From positions 18,376-82,375 of the IMG/VR virus record IMGVR_UViG_3300021142_000021: a DNA stretch of 64,000 nucleotides. The stretch is one strand, 5' to 3'. Position 1 is the first letter of the stretch. Each line of letters starts with the position of its first letter. Of the stretch, positions 52,188 through 59,718 are shown piece by piece. The stretch is from a virus. Below the pieces are notes generated by a model. That model was not told where the DNA came from, did no database searches, and worked only from the letters and a program-made list of their open reading frames with translations. A program made the position numbers and the translations under genes.

Positions 52188-52526
52188 TTACCCTGTGAAA
52201 AACGTAACCTCTGCGCTATCGTAATCTTTGTTTACAGCAGTCATTACTTCCACTCTTTGATAACCGTCTTTGTCATCTCTTTTACGTAGACCTATGCCCA
52301 TCTTTTTTGATTTAGACCATATGTAGAACTTTGTATTTGAATCTAATGGTGCAAACTTGTTTCTAAAATCTGGAATCTTTTTAATAACTTCTCTTACCTG
52401 AGCTCGAGGAATGTTACGTGCTTCTTCCTGATCTGGCAGATGTTCGTTAATTAGTATACAGATATCTTTTATATTTAATACTGCAATTACACCCTCTTCC
52501 AGTATTTCAAATTCAAATAATTTCAC
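52188..52526 (-). CDS. Hypothetical late protein (MKLFEFEILEE N-terminus)
   Basis: GTGA-coupled to 52523-52885. Confidence 0.7.
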   Translation of the reverse strand: MKLFEFEILEEGVIAVLNIKDICILINEHLPDQEEARNIPRAQVREVIKKIPDFRNKFAPLDSNTKFYIWSKSKKMGIGLRKRDDKDGYQRVEVMTAVNKDYDSAEVTFFTG

Positions 52527-52885
52527 GGAGTAACTGTTCCGTTAACGGTATTCACAATTGGGATATTTGGGAGAATAAGATATTGCAAATCAATCTGACT
52601 ACGTGGAAACGGCATAAGGATAACATCACGTATAGTCGATGCGGCACCATATCGGACTGTGAAACTTGCTAGTCCTAGATTGGTTTCCTTATCGAACATT
52701 GTATAGATTAGATTAGCTAGACCATTGTTTATAGTTTGAAAGTAGTAGACGTTAGGACCACCATAATCACCGTAAGGAATCACCGAATTTGTGTTAATCG
52801 CGTTCACTACCATCTGCACATTAGCATCTAGTGCTATCGTGTTCTGATTGGTGGAGATTAATAGATTTTGATATGGATATTGCAT
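52523..52885 (-). CDS. Hypothetical late protein
   Basis: GATAAATA at 52890-52897 (-), 4 nt upstream. Confidence 0.7.
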   Translation of the reverse strand: MQYPYQNLLISTNQNTIALDANVQMVVNAINTNSVIPYGDYGGPNVYYFQTINNGLANLIYTMFDKETNLGLASFTVRYGAASTIRDVILMPFPRSQIDLQYLILPNIPIVNTVNGTVTP

Positions 52886-52888
52886 CTG

Positions 52889-53161
52889 CTATTTATCGAC
52901 TCTCTTCGGGTCAAGGAGGTGCCGCCTGATCTCACCTAATGAATTGCCAATGCCTGCTCCCATATTACCAATGAGTAATACTATAGGAATACATATTAAG
53001 AAAACAAGTGGCCCGGGAAAAGCGAGCATTAAGAAACAAAGAATAATACCGATTACGTTGATAATTCTACCAGCTGTTACCGCAGCACTTTCATATTTAA
53101 GAACATCTTCTATCGGCAATGCCTTTAATTTTTCTAGCAGATTCTTTTTCTGTTCACTCAT
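52889..53161 (-). CDS. Small membrane protein
   Basis: Two hydrophobic segments. Confidence 0.7.
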   Translation of the reverse strand: MSEQKKNLLEKLKALPIEDVLKYESAAVTAGRIINVIGIILCFLMLAFPGPLVFLICIPIVLLIGNMGAGIGNSLGEIRRHLLDPKRVDK

Positions 53162-53364
53162 GTATCTAACCCTTTATATGTATCGATGTCAGTGGTTAGG
53201 AAAGTCCACGCCAATAAAGGCAACCAAAATAGTATAGACCAACCTAAAAGCAAATTAATCCAGAAGCAAATAGTCGTGTGCCTAATATGTCTTACTCGTG
53301 CAACCAACGTAGGGATAAACATAAATATTATTAGGAAGATAAGCACAAAAAGTTCAGTTATCAT
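53158..53364 (-). CDS. imm: Superinfection immunity protein (T4 Imm-like)
   Basis: FIPTLVA..R......FWINLLLGWSILFW...LAW. Confidence 0.8.
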   Translation of the reverse strand: MITELFVLIFLIIFMFIPTLVARVRHIRHTTICFWINLLLGWSILFWLPLLAWTFLTTDIDTYKGLDT

Positions 53365-53593
53365 TTTTATCCTCTATATAGTTTTCTGGCTCGTCTAGGA
53401 ATTTATCCAATGAATCATTATAATGTAAATCAAAAAGATTGTCGATGTATTCAGAGAAGAATAGTAAACCTAGAGCTAATAAGGCAAGTGGTAATGTTAA
53501 TATAAATCCAAATGTGGCAGCGGTGTCCCGCCATATTAAGAACCTCATAGACAACTCACCAGGACAGGTTATACATTTCCGAAAACTAATCAT
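53354..53593 (-). CDS. Small membrane protein
   Basis: One hydrophobic segment; TATAAATA at 53619-53626 (-). Confidence 0.6.
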   Translation of the reverse strand: MISFRKCITCPGELSMRFLIWRDTAATFGFILTLPLALLALGLLFFSEYIDNLFDLHYNDSLDKFLDEPENYIEDKNDN

Positions 53594-53628
53594 TTGGTGT
53601 TCTCTCTATTAAGTTTACTATTTATACC

Positions 53629-53976
53629 CTATAGACATATTCCAATACAGTTCTTATTGCATACATGATTTAGAGAACAGACTGTTACCTCTGTCCCGGA
53701 ATCATTCATAATCTTATCAATAACCCTTTGTTGTGTTTCTGAAAGATTACCAAACTCGTTGAATAGGTCTTCTATTTCGACAACATGATATCCCGTAAGA
53801 AGATGTTTGTCTTCTTTCTCGGAATCGTGTTTAACTCGATCTGTATACCGTACATGAGCTCTGGCTCTGGCGCCATCTTCTATTGTTTTCATAGCACGTT
53901 TCTCACCTTCTTTGTATGCCCACCATATCATTACTAATATGGCAAGAATAGCCAATATTATAAAAAGAAAAGTCAT
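53629..53976 (-). CDS. Membrane-anchored hypothetical protein
   Basis: GGAGG SD before ATG 53976; N-terminal hydrophobic segment; upstream TGTATAAT. Confidence 0.7.
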   Translation of the reverse strand: MTFLFIILAILAILVMIWWAYKEGEKRAMKTIEDGARARAHVRYTDRVKHDSEKEDKHLLTGYHVVEIEDLFNEFGNLSETQQRVIDKIMNDSGTEVTVCSLNHVCNKNCIGICL

Positions 53977-54018
53977 GTTATCCTCCGTTGTGAACGTTAT
54001 ATTATACACTGAACTGAT

Positions 54019-54243
54019 TTATAAACCGAATTTAAGTTTGAATGCTTTTGTATCTTCTTCGTGGCGAAATATAATTCCACCTGCGATATCAACTCCATAT
54101 GCACATATGGTATAGGTGTGATCAAACTGCCAGTTACCATCTGCTACATTATCGTGGCACCAGTCTTCAACAGTTCGGAAAAGCATATAGGATTCAACAA
54201 CGTCAATATTACCAATTACATTTTGTAACCTTATATTTGCCAT
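54019..54243 (-). CDS. FKLKFGL-family mini-protein 16
   Basis: Ends HEEDTKAFKLKFGL; own GATAAATA at 54267-54274. Confidence 0.8.
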   Translation of the reverse strand: MANIRLQNVIGNIDVVESYMLFRTVEDWCHDNVADGNWQFDHTYTICAYGVDIAGGIIFRHEEDTKAFKLKFGL

Positions 54244-54276
54244 TAAATCCTCTAGCTAATTGGCAGTATTTATCTT

Positions 54277-54474
54277 CTATAAACCAAATTTAAGTCTAAA
54301 AGCTAACGCATCTTCTCTAGTTTCAAATCGTATTGTACCGGGATGGTGTGTACCAAATCCGTAGAGTTGCCAGTTAGATCTGCCAATAGTTCCATTTAGC
54401 CATCGTCGATATTCATTATTATGATCAAAGAATTTCCCATCGAAATTAAATTCTATAAAGTATTCTTCATCCAT
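54277..54474 (-). CDS. FKLKFGL-family mini-protein 15
   Basis: Ends REDALAFRLKFGL. Confidence 0.8.
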   Translation of the reverse strand: MDEEYFIEFNFDGKFFDHNNEYRRWLNGTIGRSNWQLYGFGTHHPGTIRFETREDALAFRLKFGL

Positions 54475-54751
54475 TGAATTTTAACTTTATTATTAGCCAG
54501 AGTTCTTCATGTACATCGAACATATTAGTCACATAAAATTCTCTATCTATTTTTCCTAACTTATGTATATACCATTGCCTCTGATCTTGTGTCTGCAACC
54601 ACTCTGTTACATCTCTAGATACCAATATAGTATACCACATTACACCATCTACTTCAGCCTGAGCTTCTATTCTGTGGAAAGCATTAACGGACCCGTCGGT
54701 ACTAGCCCATGTCACTTCTATACCTTGTTCCTTAAACTTCACACCATCCAT
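54467..54751 (-). CDS. FKLKFGL-family mini-protein 14 (divergent)
   Basis: TAATG-coupled start; ends HEELWLIIKLKFNG. Confidence 0.7.
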   Translation of the reverse strand: MDGVKFKEQGIEVTWASTDGSVNAFHRIEAQAEVDGVMWYTILVSRDVTEWLQTQDQRQWYIHKLGKIDREFYVTNMFDVHEELWLIIKLKFNG

Positions 54752-54957
54752 TACATCCACCTTAATTTGAATATTACAGCATCTTCCTGTTCCAGGAATA
54801 CACCTGCTAAATGACCATTCACATGACCCCATTCGGGCTCTGTATTTTCTTTTAACCAGTCAATCATGCCATCGGGTGCCTTAAATTCACCATACTTACC
54901 ATGCGGAGGAAAAGCAACGTATATAACACCCTCTCCATATTCTCTAACTGACATCAT
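54751..54957 (-). CDS. FKLKFGL-family mini-protein 13
   Basis: Ends QEDAVIFKLRWM. Confidence 0.8.
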   Translation of the reverse strand: MMSVREYGEGVIYVAFPPHGKYGEFKAPDGMIDWLKENTEPEWGHVNGHLAGVFLEQEDAVIFKLRWM

Positions 54958-55229
54958 GGTAATGGTTTAGCCTGTAGTTTAATCCACATAAATTCTTCCA
55001 TGTCGCATTCGCCGAATGTCTCTTTTAAATCTTCCATTCGATTTTTATAATATCTAACTTCGTTATCTTCCTCACGCCATACTCTTTCCGCGAGTGTCAA
55101 TGCCGTGCTATTATATAGTAATCTCGTCTCGAAATGTTCGTTAGAGATGCTATGAACATCGCGCTGCACCCAATACCTGCCTCGTACACCATACCAAGAA
55201 CCATCTGCCTCGTAATAAAGATTTACCAT
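54954..55229 (-). CDS. FKLKFGL-family mini-protein 12 (divergent)
   Basis: Ends MEEFMWIKLQAKPLP. Confidence 0.65.
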   Translation of the reverse strand: MVNLYYEADGSWYGVRGRYWVQRDVHSISNEHFETRLLYNSTALTLAERVWREEDNEVRYYKNRMEDLKETFGECDMEEFMWIKLQAKPLP

Positions 55230-55230
55230 A

Positions 55231-55446
55231 TTATCTAAACATCAATTTAAAAACTAAAACATCTGCTTCATCTGCAAAGATTAGAAACTCAGTGTTTCCT
55301 ACTCTATCTACTGTTCTTGTTGCTCTAAAGTCTTCTGATAACCATAACCAAATAGAAGTAACAAAAAACCCATCTCTATTCTGAATATCGTTACCGTAGT
55401 AATAAGCTACCATATTCTTCCAGTAGGGATATGCGTATAGTTTCAT
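55231..55446 (-). CDS. FKLKFGL-family mini-protein 11
   Basis: Ends EADVLVFKLMFR. Confidence 0.8.
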   Translation of the reverse strand: MKLYAYPYWKNMVAYYYGNDIQNRDGFFVTSIWLWLSEDFRATRTVDRVGNTEFLIFADEADVLVFKLMFR

Positions 55447-55631
55447 AGTCCGCTCATTAATTTAAACGCTACTGCATCCATCTCGTCTTCGAATTGTATA
55501 GAAATTATACGACCCAGGTAACCGTGCTTACGTGGCTCACGCACTACAACACCTCCGTGAGTCTTAGCCCATACAAGTAAAGGATACCTAGGCTTGACTA
55601 CTTTAAAATAATTGTATTCTATGCTTATCAT
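55443..55631 (-). CDS. FKLKFGL-family mini-protein 10
   Basis: Ends EMDAVAFKLMSGL. Confidence 0.8.
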   Translation of the reverse strand: MISIEYNYFKVVKPRYPLLVWAKTHGGVVVREPRKHGYLGRIISIQFEDEMDAVAFKLMSGL

Positions 55632-55858
55632 AATCCATACTTCAATCTAAATGCTGTAGCATCCTCACGCCTGACAAATGTTACAGCAAATACAGCCTTA
55701 CCATAGTTATATTTCTTCATTCTAAATGCAGGGTTACCGCGCTTAGTTTTTGGTAATGCTGCCAACCAATGTGATTGTTCTATCAATACCTGCACATCAA
55801 GGTTGGCCACAGAGTCCATTATGTCGTTACCTTTTTTAAAGATGTAAATTGTTTTCAT
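55628..55858 (-). CDS. FKLKFGL-family mini-protein 9
   Basis: Ends REDATAFRLKYGL. Confidence 0.8.
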   Translation of the reverse strand: MKTIYIFKKGNDIMDSVANLDVQVLIEQSHWLAALPKTKRGNPAFRMKKYNYGKAVFAVTFVRREDATAFRLKYGL

Positions 55859-56067
55859 AAACCAAACTTTAATTTAAATACCAACAGGTCTTCTTCACTA
55901 TCTAATAATACCATGTGATAATAGGTCTTACCGTCTAGATAAGTTTTACCACCATTATAATCCCAGACTGCATTATCACACATATGTATCCATTCGTTAA
56001 TCACAGAATACTCTTTAATAGCCCATGGTCGATAAAGTCGTACGTGTATGCCTTCTTCTACTATCAT
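55855..56067 (-). CDS. FKLKFGL-family mini-protein 8
   Basis: Ends EEDLLVFKLKFGL. Confidence 0.8.
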   Translation of the reverse strand: MIVEEGIHVRLYRPWAIKEYSVINEWIHMCDNAVWDYNGGKTYLDGKTYYHMVLLDSEEDLLVFKLKFGL

Positions 56068-56243
56068 AATCCAAACTTTAGTTTAAAAGCAATTGCGTCA
56101 TCTTCTCTTACAAAATACAGAGTTTGATCACCATGTAATTCGAATGTTACTTTATTCGGGGACTGTTTTATTAAGTCATCTAACCAATCGCATATTATAG
56201 AGTCAGGTATCTTATCATCCATTGGCCAATATACTTTTATCAT
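56064..56243 (-). CDS. FKLKFGL-family mini-protein 7 (59 aa, not in ORF track)
   Basis: MIKVYWPMDD...REDDAIAFKLKFGL; ATGA-coupled on both sides. Confidence 0.8.
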   Translation of the reverse strand: MIKVYWPMDDKIPDSIICDWLDDLIKQSPNKVTFELHGDQTLYFVREDDAIAFKLKFGL

Positions 56244-56413
56244 AATCCAAACTTTATCTTAAATGCAAGTGCATCTTCCTCGTAGAAGAACTCAATACTT
56301 TCTAGCATATTACTCCACCGCCAAACATTATTCTCAGTACCTAGTACTTCTTCCATCCACGCAATCATAGGAATAAAATCCATAAAGTTAACATTGCGTA
56401 TGTCTACAATCAT
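56240..56413 (-). CDS. FKLKFGL-family mini-protein 6 (57 aa, not in ORF track)
   Basis: MIVDIRNVNF...YEEDALAFKIKFGL. Confidence 0.8.
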   Translation of the reverse strand: MIVDIRNVNFMDFIPMIAWMEEVLGTENNVWRWSNMLESIEFFYEEDALAFKIKFGL

Positions 56414-56619
56414 ATTCCAAACTTTAATCTAAGTATTACAGCTTGTTCAGAATCTATGGTTACTCCACATAGATATCCCGGCCTGGATTTAGAAACACCC
56501 CAGCTAGAATAATTTTGATTTTGTTCTTCTATATTTTCATGTATCCAGTCTTCTAACTCTTTATTCTTAAGACGTTGATCATTGTATCGCTCCATACCAG
56601 CAAAACTAATATAACTCAT
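56410..56619 (-). CDS. FKLKFGL-family mini-protein 5
   Basis: Ends SEQAVILRLKFGI. Confidence 0.8.
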   Translation of the reverse strand: MSYISFAGMERYNDQRLKNKELEDWIHENIEEQNQNYSSWGVSKSRPGYLCGVTIDSEQAVILRLKFGI

Positions 56620-56795
56620 ATTCCTAGTTTTAACCTCATAATAATTGCATCCTCATCTGACATATCTATTCTATCAATAACAAAATCATCCTCACACATT
56701 GTATATGTGTATTGAATCTTATCATCGGCCAGCCATTGTAAAATTGTATTATACATAGGTAGTGGCAAACGTTTCATCTCAATGTACACCATCAT
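56616..56795 (-). CDS. FKLKFGL-family mini-protein 4 (59 aa, not in ORF track)
   Basis: MMVYIEMKRL...DEDAIIMRLKLGI. Confidence 0.75.
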   Translation of the reverse strand: MMVYIEMKRLPLPMYNTILQWLADDKIQYTYTMCEDDFVIDRIDMSDEDAIIMRLKLGI

Positions 56796-56982
56796 ACGCC
56801 CAATATTTAAGTTTAAAGGCTAATGCATCCTCCGAATTACCAAACGTAATAGTATCAGTAGCACTGCTCCAATGATAATCCTTTATATTGTTATCATCTA
56901 GCCAACCCTTCATTTCCTTATAGTATGCTATGTCCTGCCGTTGCTTAATATAAAAGCTATGTAAAGGATATATCATAATCAT
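56779..56982 (-). CDS. FKLKFGL-family mini-protein 3
   Basis: SEDALAFKLKY followed by a short frameshift-like tail WAYDGVH. Confidence 0.8.
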   Translation of the reverse strand: MIMIYPLHSFYIKQRQDIAYYKEMKGWLDDNNIKDYHWSSATDTITFGNSEDALAFKLKYWAYDGVH

Positions 56983-57176
56983 AATGCAAACTTTAATTTG
57001 ATTATGGTAGCATCTTCGTCGTTTAGTATAAGTCCAAGAAACATTCCATTTCTAAAATCCCAATCAGGTTCTTCTATATTTTCTACTACCCAATTATAGA
57101 CGTGTGACGGAATACCACCTATCCAGACTCCTGGTGCATTTAATTTTGGCAACCCTCTGAAGTTAATATATGTCAT
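56979..57176 (-). CDS. FKLKFGL-family mini-protein 2
   Basis: Ends DEDATIIKLKFAL. Confidence 0.8.
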   Translation of the reverse strand: MTYINFRGLPKLNAPGVWIGGIPSHVYNWVVENIEEPDWDFRNGMFLGLILNDEDATIIKLKFAL

Positions 57177-57463
57177 ACAATAAAACTTAGTTTAAACATT
57201 AATGCAACTTGAGCTTCCTTAAAATAGATACCCTGTGCGTAACGATCCCCTGTACGGTATTCCCATGTTTCCCCTCGTGAACCTAAGTGCTCCTCTAACC
57301 AAATCATATAGCTATTCATAAGTCTAACCTTAACACCATAAGAGCGTGGATCATTATCTAAATCATGAAGATCAACATATGTCCAATTTGAAAAGTTTAC
57401 ATAACGTTTAGGAACACCCTTATGGTCTAGAGATTCGGAAATGTGATTGTCAATGGGAATCAT
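57173..57463 (-). CDS. FKLKFGL-family mini-protein 1
   Basis: Ends AQVALMFKLSFIV; start at ATG 57463 (or 57469). Confidence 0.7.
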   Translation of the reverse strand: MIPIDNHISESLDHKGVPKRYVNFSNWTYVDLHDLDNDPRSYGVKVRLMNSYMIWLEEHLGSRGETWEYRTGDRYAQGIYFKEAQVALMFKLSFIV

Positions 57464-57469
57464 AGACAT

Positions 57470-57498
57470 AGTATAACAATGATTAAGTTGGATGTCAA
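57470..57498 (-). promoter_or_regulatory. Sigma70 promoter TTGACA-N17-TATACT (extended -10) heading the mini-gene array
   Basis: Minus strand TTGACA tccaacttaatcattgt TATACT. Confidence 0.8.
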
Positions 57499-57577
57499 GT
57501 GGGGAGGGTGGTTTGTATCTGGCGTCGTAGACGCGCCGTAAGCGCAATTTTTCTAGACTAGTTATCTACCGCTATAA

Positions 57578-57652
57578 CTATTTTACTTCAGCGTGTATTA
57601 CATTCCACCCAGGATTGCGTCTAAGCTCTAGGAGTAATTCTTGAAGTTGCAT
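57578..57652 (-). CDS. 24-aa mini-ORF or gene remnant under a late promoter
   Basis: MQLQELLLELRRNPGWNVIHAEVK; GATAAATA at 57660-57667 (-). Confidence 0.4.
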   Translation of the reverse strand: MQLQELLLELRRNPGWNVIHAEVK

Positions 57653-57754
57653 AATCCTATATTTATCTTGAGGGAGGTCCTATAGGATTACAGTAGAAAA
57701 TTTGTGTAAAAATTTTTGGAGGGTAAGGATATTGTGACCGACCAAAGTTTTTCC

Positions 57755-57803
57755 GGGACCTATAGAGATAGAACGATTAGAAAGGAGGGACCTATAGAGA
57801 TAG
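57755..57803 (+). repeat. Direct repeat GGGACCTATAGAGATAG x2 (32-bp period)
   Basis: 57755-57771 and 57787-57803. Confidence 0.9.
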
Positions 57804-57880
57804 GCGAAAAAACATAGGGCACGCTTGCCCGCGCCTCTCTATCTTTACCTTTTTGTAAAATTACACGACTGACTGGGATT

Positions 57881-57920
57881 TTACAAAACTTTACATAACT
57901 TTACATAACTTTACATTACT
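57881..57920 (+). repeat. Tandem 10-mer TTACAWWACT x4
   Basis: ttacaaaact ttacataact ttacataact ttacattact. Confidence 0.95.
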
Positions 57921-58090
57921 GTGTCTCGCTTGCCACTGCACGCAACTAAATGTAAGTGCGAGGCAACGTGCTGCACGTTAGCACACGCTAACATACAGTC
58001 TCGCTGCTACTATGCACGCTACATGCATAGTAGCACGGGGGTGCTACATGTAACACATGTAACATAGCTTGCGCTATGCTACGTTATGTG

Positions 58091-58429
58091 TTAAGCAAAC
58101 AAGCGCAATACAATTGCGTTTTGCGTTTGCACAACACTAGCGTTATATTGCTTTGCAAGTAGCATTAAGTTGCTACATACTTGCGCGTTGTTAACTTTAA
58201 TGCTAACAAACTTAGCACGTAAGTTTGTGTACACGCGCTGCTTAAAGTACGTTGCTTGCACAGCACGCGCTAATGCTGCTACTGTAGCGTGCTGTGCTGC
58301 TGTGTACAGCGCAGCGTTTGCAGCGTTTTGTGCGCGTACTTGCAACAGCGTAATAAACGCGCTGTGCTTTACGTTTGTGTTAGCTTGTGTTTTAACAAGC
58401 TGCTGCTGTGCTTTTGTAAGTTTACGCAT
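58091..58429 (-). CDS. Hypothetical 112-aa protein with no D, E, G, P or W
   Basis: Leader homologous to that of 58847; hairpins downstream of the stop. Confidence 0.7.
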   Translation of the reverse strand: MRKLTKAQQQLVKTQANTNVKHSAFITLLQVRAQNAANAALYTAAQHATVAALARAVQATYFKQRVYTNLRAKFVSIKVNNAQVCSNLMLLAKQYNASVVQTQNAIVLRLFA

Positions 58430-58475
58430 AATTGCTTTACTTTGTTTGTGCTGCACATTATTGTACAGTGCTTGT

Positions 58476-58504
58476 ATTATAACGCTTTTTTGTGCTGCTG
58501 TGTG
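58476..58504 (-). promoter_or_regulatory. Putative GR-free promoter CACACA-N17-TATAAT (left)
   Basis: Same spacing as 58763-58791. Confidence 0.55.
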
Positions 58505-58762
58505 CTACTTTACAAACTGTTACACTTTAGCATTTCATGCTGCATTGCTCAAGTTGCACAGCGAGGGGTTAATGTTTTATGCGCTGCACACTGCCTCGCA
58601 ATTATTTTAAGCTTGCTGAAAATTTTTAACGAGAGCTGTGCTATAATATGTTTAACGCGCAATGTATAACTGTAACTATACTTTTTGGGCCTCGCTTAGC
58701 AAATAGCAATAATGCAGCATGAACTTGTTAGATGTAACAGTTTGTAAGTTGCAAAAATACAA

Positions 58763-58791
58763 CACACAAAACATAAAAAGTGCGCTATAAT
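58763..58791 (+). promoter_or_regulatory. Putative GR-free promoter CACACA-N17-TATAAT (right)
   Basis: Mirror of 58476-58504. Confidence 0.55.
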
Positions 58792-58846
58792 AATAACACT
58801 GCACAGCAATAATGCTAAGTGCAGCAACTTAGTAAAGTAAACAATT

Positions 58847-59440
58847 ATGCTTACATTAGCTTACGCGCAAGCTGCAATTGCAGCGCACAAAAACAACAAA
58901 GTAAATGCTACGCGCATTAGTGCTTTGTTGCAACAATACAACAACACAGCTACAATCGCAAACGTAACGCAAGTTACGCAAGTGCAATGCAGCGCGGCAA
59001 ACAAAAATGTTGTTATACAAAAAGTAACACGCGCAAGTGTGTTGCTGTTTGCTAACGCATTAAATTATGTTGCTTGCGTACAACGCAGCGCAGCTAAAAT
59101 TGCAGACAACGACGCTGCTGCAATCGCGCAATTTACAGCAAGCGCAGCAAGCTTTACGCACGATGCTAACTGCTACAGCATTGTTACAAACAACAATAGC
59201 GCACAGCAATATTTGTATTTGCACTACAACAACGCGCAAAGTGTGTATGTTTTAAACAACACAATTATTAGTGCTGCAACTGCTGCAAGCTTTTGCAGTG
59301 CAAGCGTAGCAAAAGCAATGTTGCAAACAAGCAACACTACGCACAATGTTAGCAATAACGTAACGCATAGCATTTGTGTACGCACTGTAAAGTTGCAAAA
59401 CATTGTGCGTTTAGCTGCGCTAAAGCAAGTGTTGCAGTAA
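58847..59440 (+). CDS. Hypothetical 197-aa protein with no E, G, P or W and only 3 D
   Basis: Long ORF with promoter and terminator. Confidence 0.8.
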   Translation: MLTLAYAQAAIAAHKNNKVNATRISALLQQYNNTATIANVTQVTQVQCSAANKNVVIQKVTRASVLLFANALNYVACVQRSAAKIADNDAAAIAQFTASAASFTHDANCYSIVTNNNSAQQYLYLHYNNAQSVYVLNNTIISAATAASFCSASVAKAMLQTSNTTHNVSNNVTHSICVRTVKLQNIVRLAALKQVLQ

Positions 59441-59470
59441 AACAACAAGTAGCGCAAGCTACTTAACGCA

Positions 59471-59497
59471 AAGCGCACTATTTTAGTGCGCTTTTTT
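59471..59497 (+). terminator. Intrinsic terminator
   Basis: aagcgcacta-ttt-tagtgcgctt followed by a T run. Confidence 0.85.
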
Positions 59498-59561
59498 ATG
59501 CGCGTTATAATCGTGCTGCATTGCTCAAGTCCTGCAACGAGGGGAAGTGCTGCTGTGTCGT

Positions 59562-59718
59562 GCTACTGTTTTTAAAGACGTACATGCGTGCAAAGCGAGG
59601 GCAACACATTGTTACATCTTGCTTTTAGGCTAAGCTTAGTCTACATCCTTTAAGCAAGATGTAACACACACGCGCATCTCGCTATTGTTTTTAAAGACGT
59701 ACATGCGTGCAAAGCGAG
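59562..59718 (+). repeat. 38-bp direct repeat x2 flanking a long hairpin
   Basis: GCTAYTGTTTTTAAAGACGTACATGCGTGCAAAGCGAG at 59562-59599 and 59681-59718; 15-bp stem 59610-59624/59652-59666. Confidence 0.9.

Noticed and set aside
54019-57200. CRISPR array or integron cassette array suggested by ~200-bp periodic repeats
   Set aside because: The repeats are coding 3' ends with synonymous variation. There are no invariant repeats, attC-like intergenic sites, cas genes or integrase.
54019-57200. Diversity-generating retroelement as the source of variation
   Set aside because: No reverse transcriptase and no near-identical TR/VR pair with adenine-specific differences were seen in the window.
58170-58669. 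Plus-strand 146-aa and 126-aa ORFs, and similar shadow ORFs at 59067 and 59224
   Set aside because: Likely artefacts: TGA cannot occur in GA-free DNA, so stop codons are rarer. They are Cys-rich and lack the shared promoter and leader.
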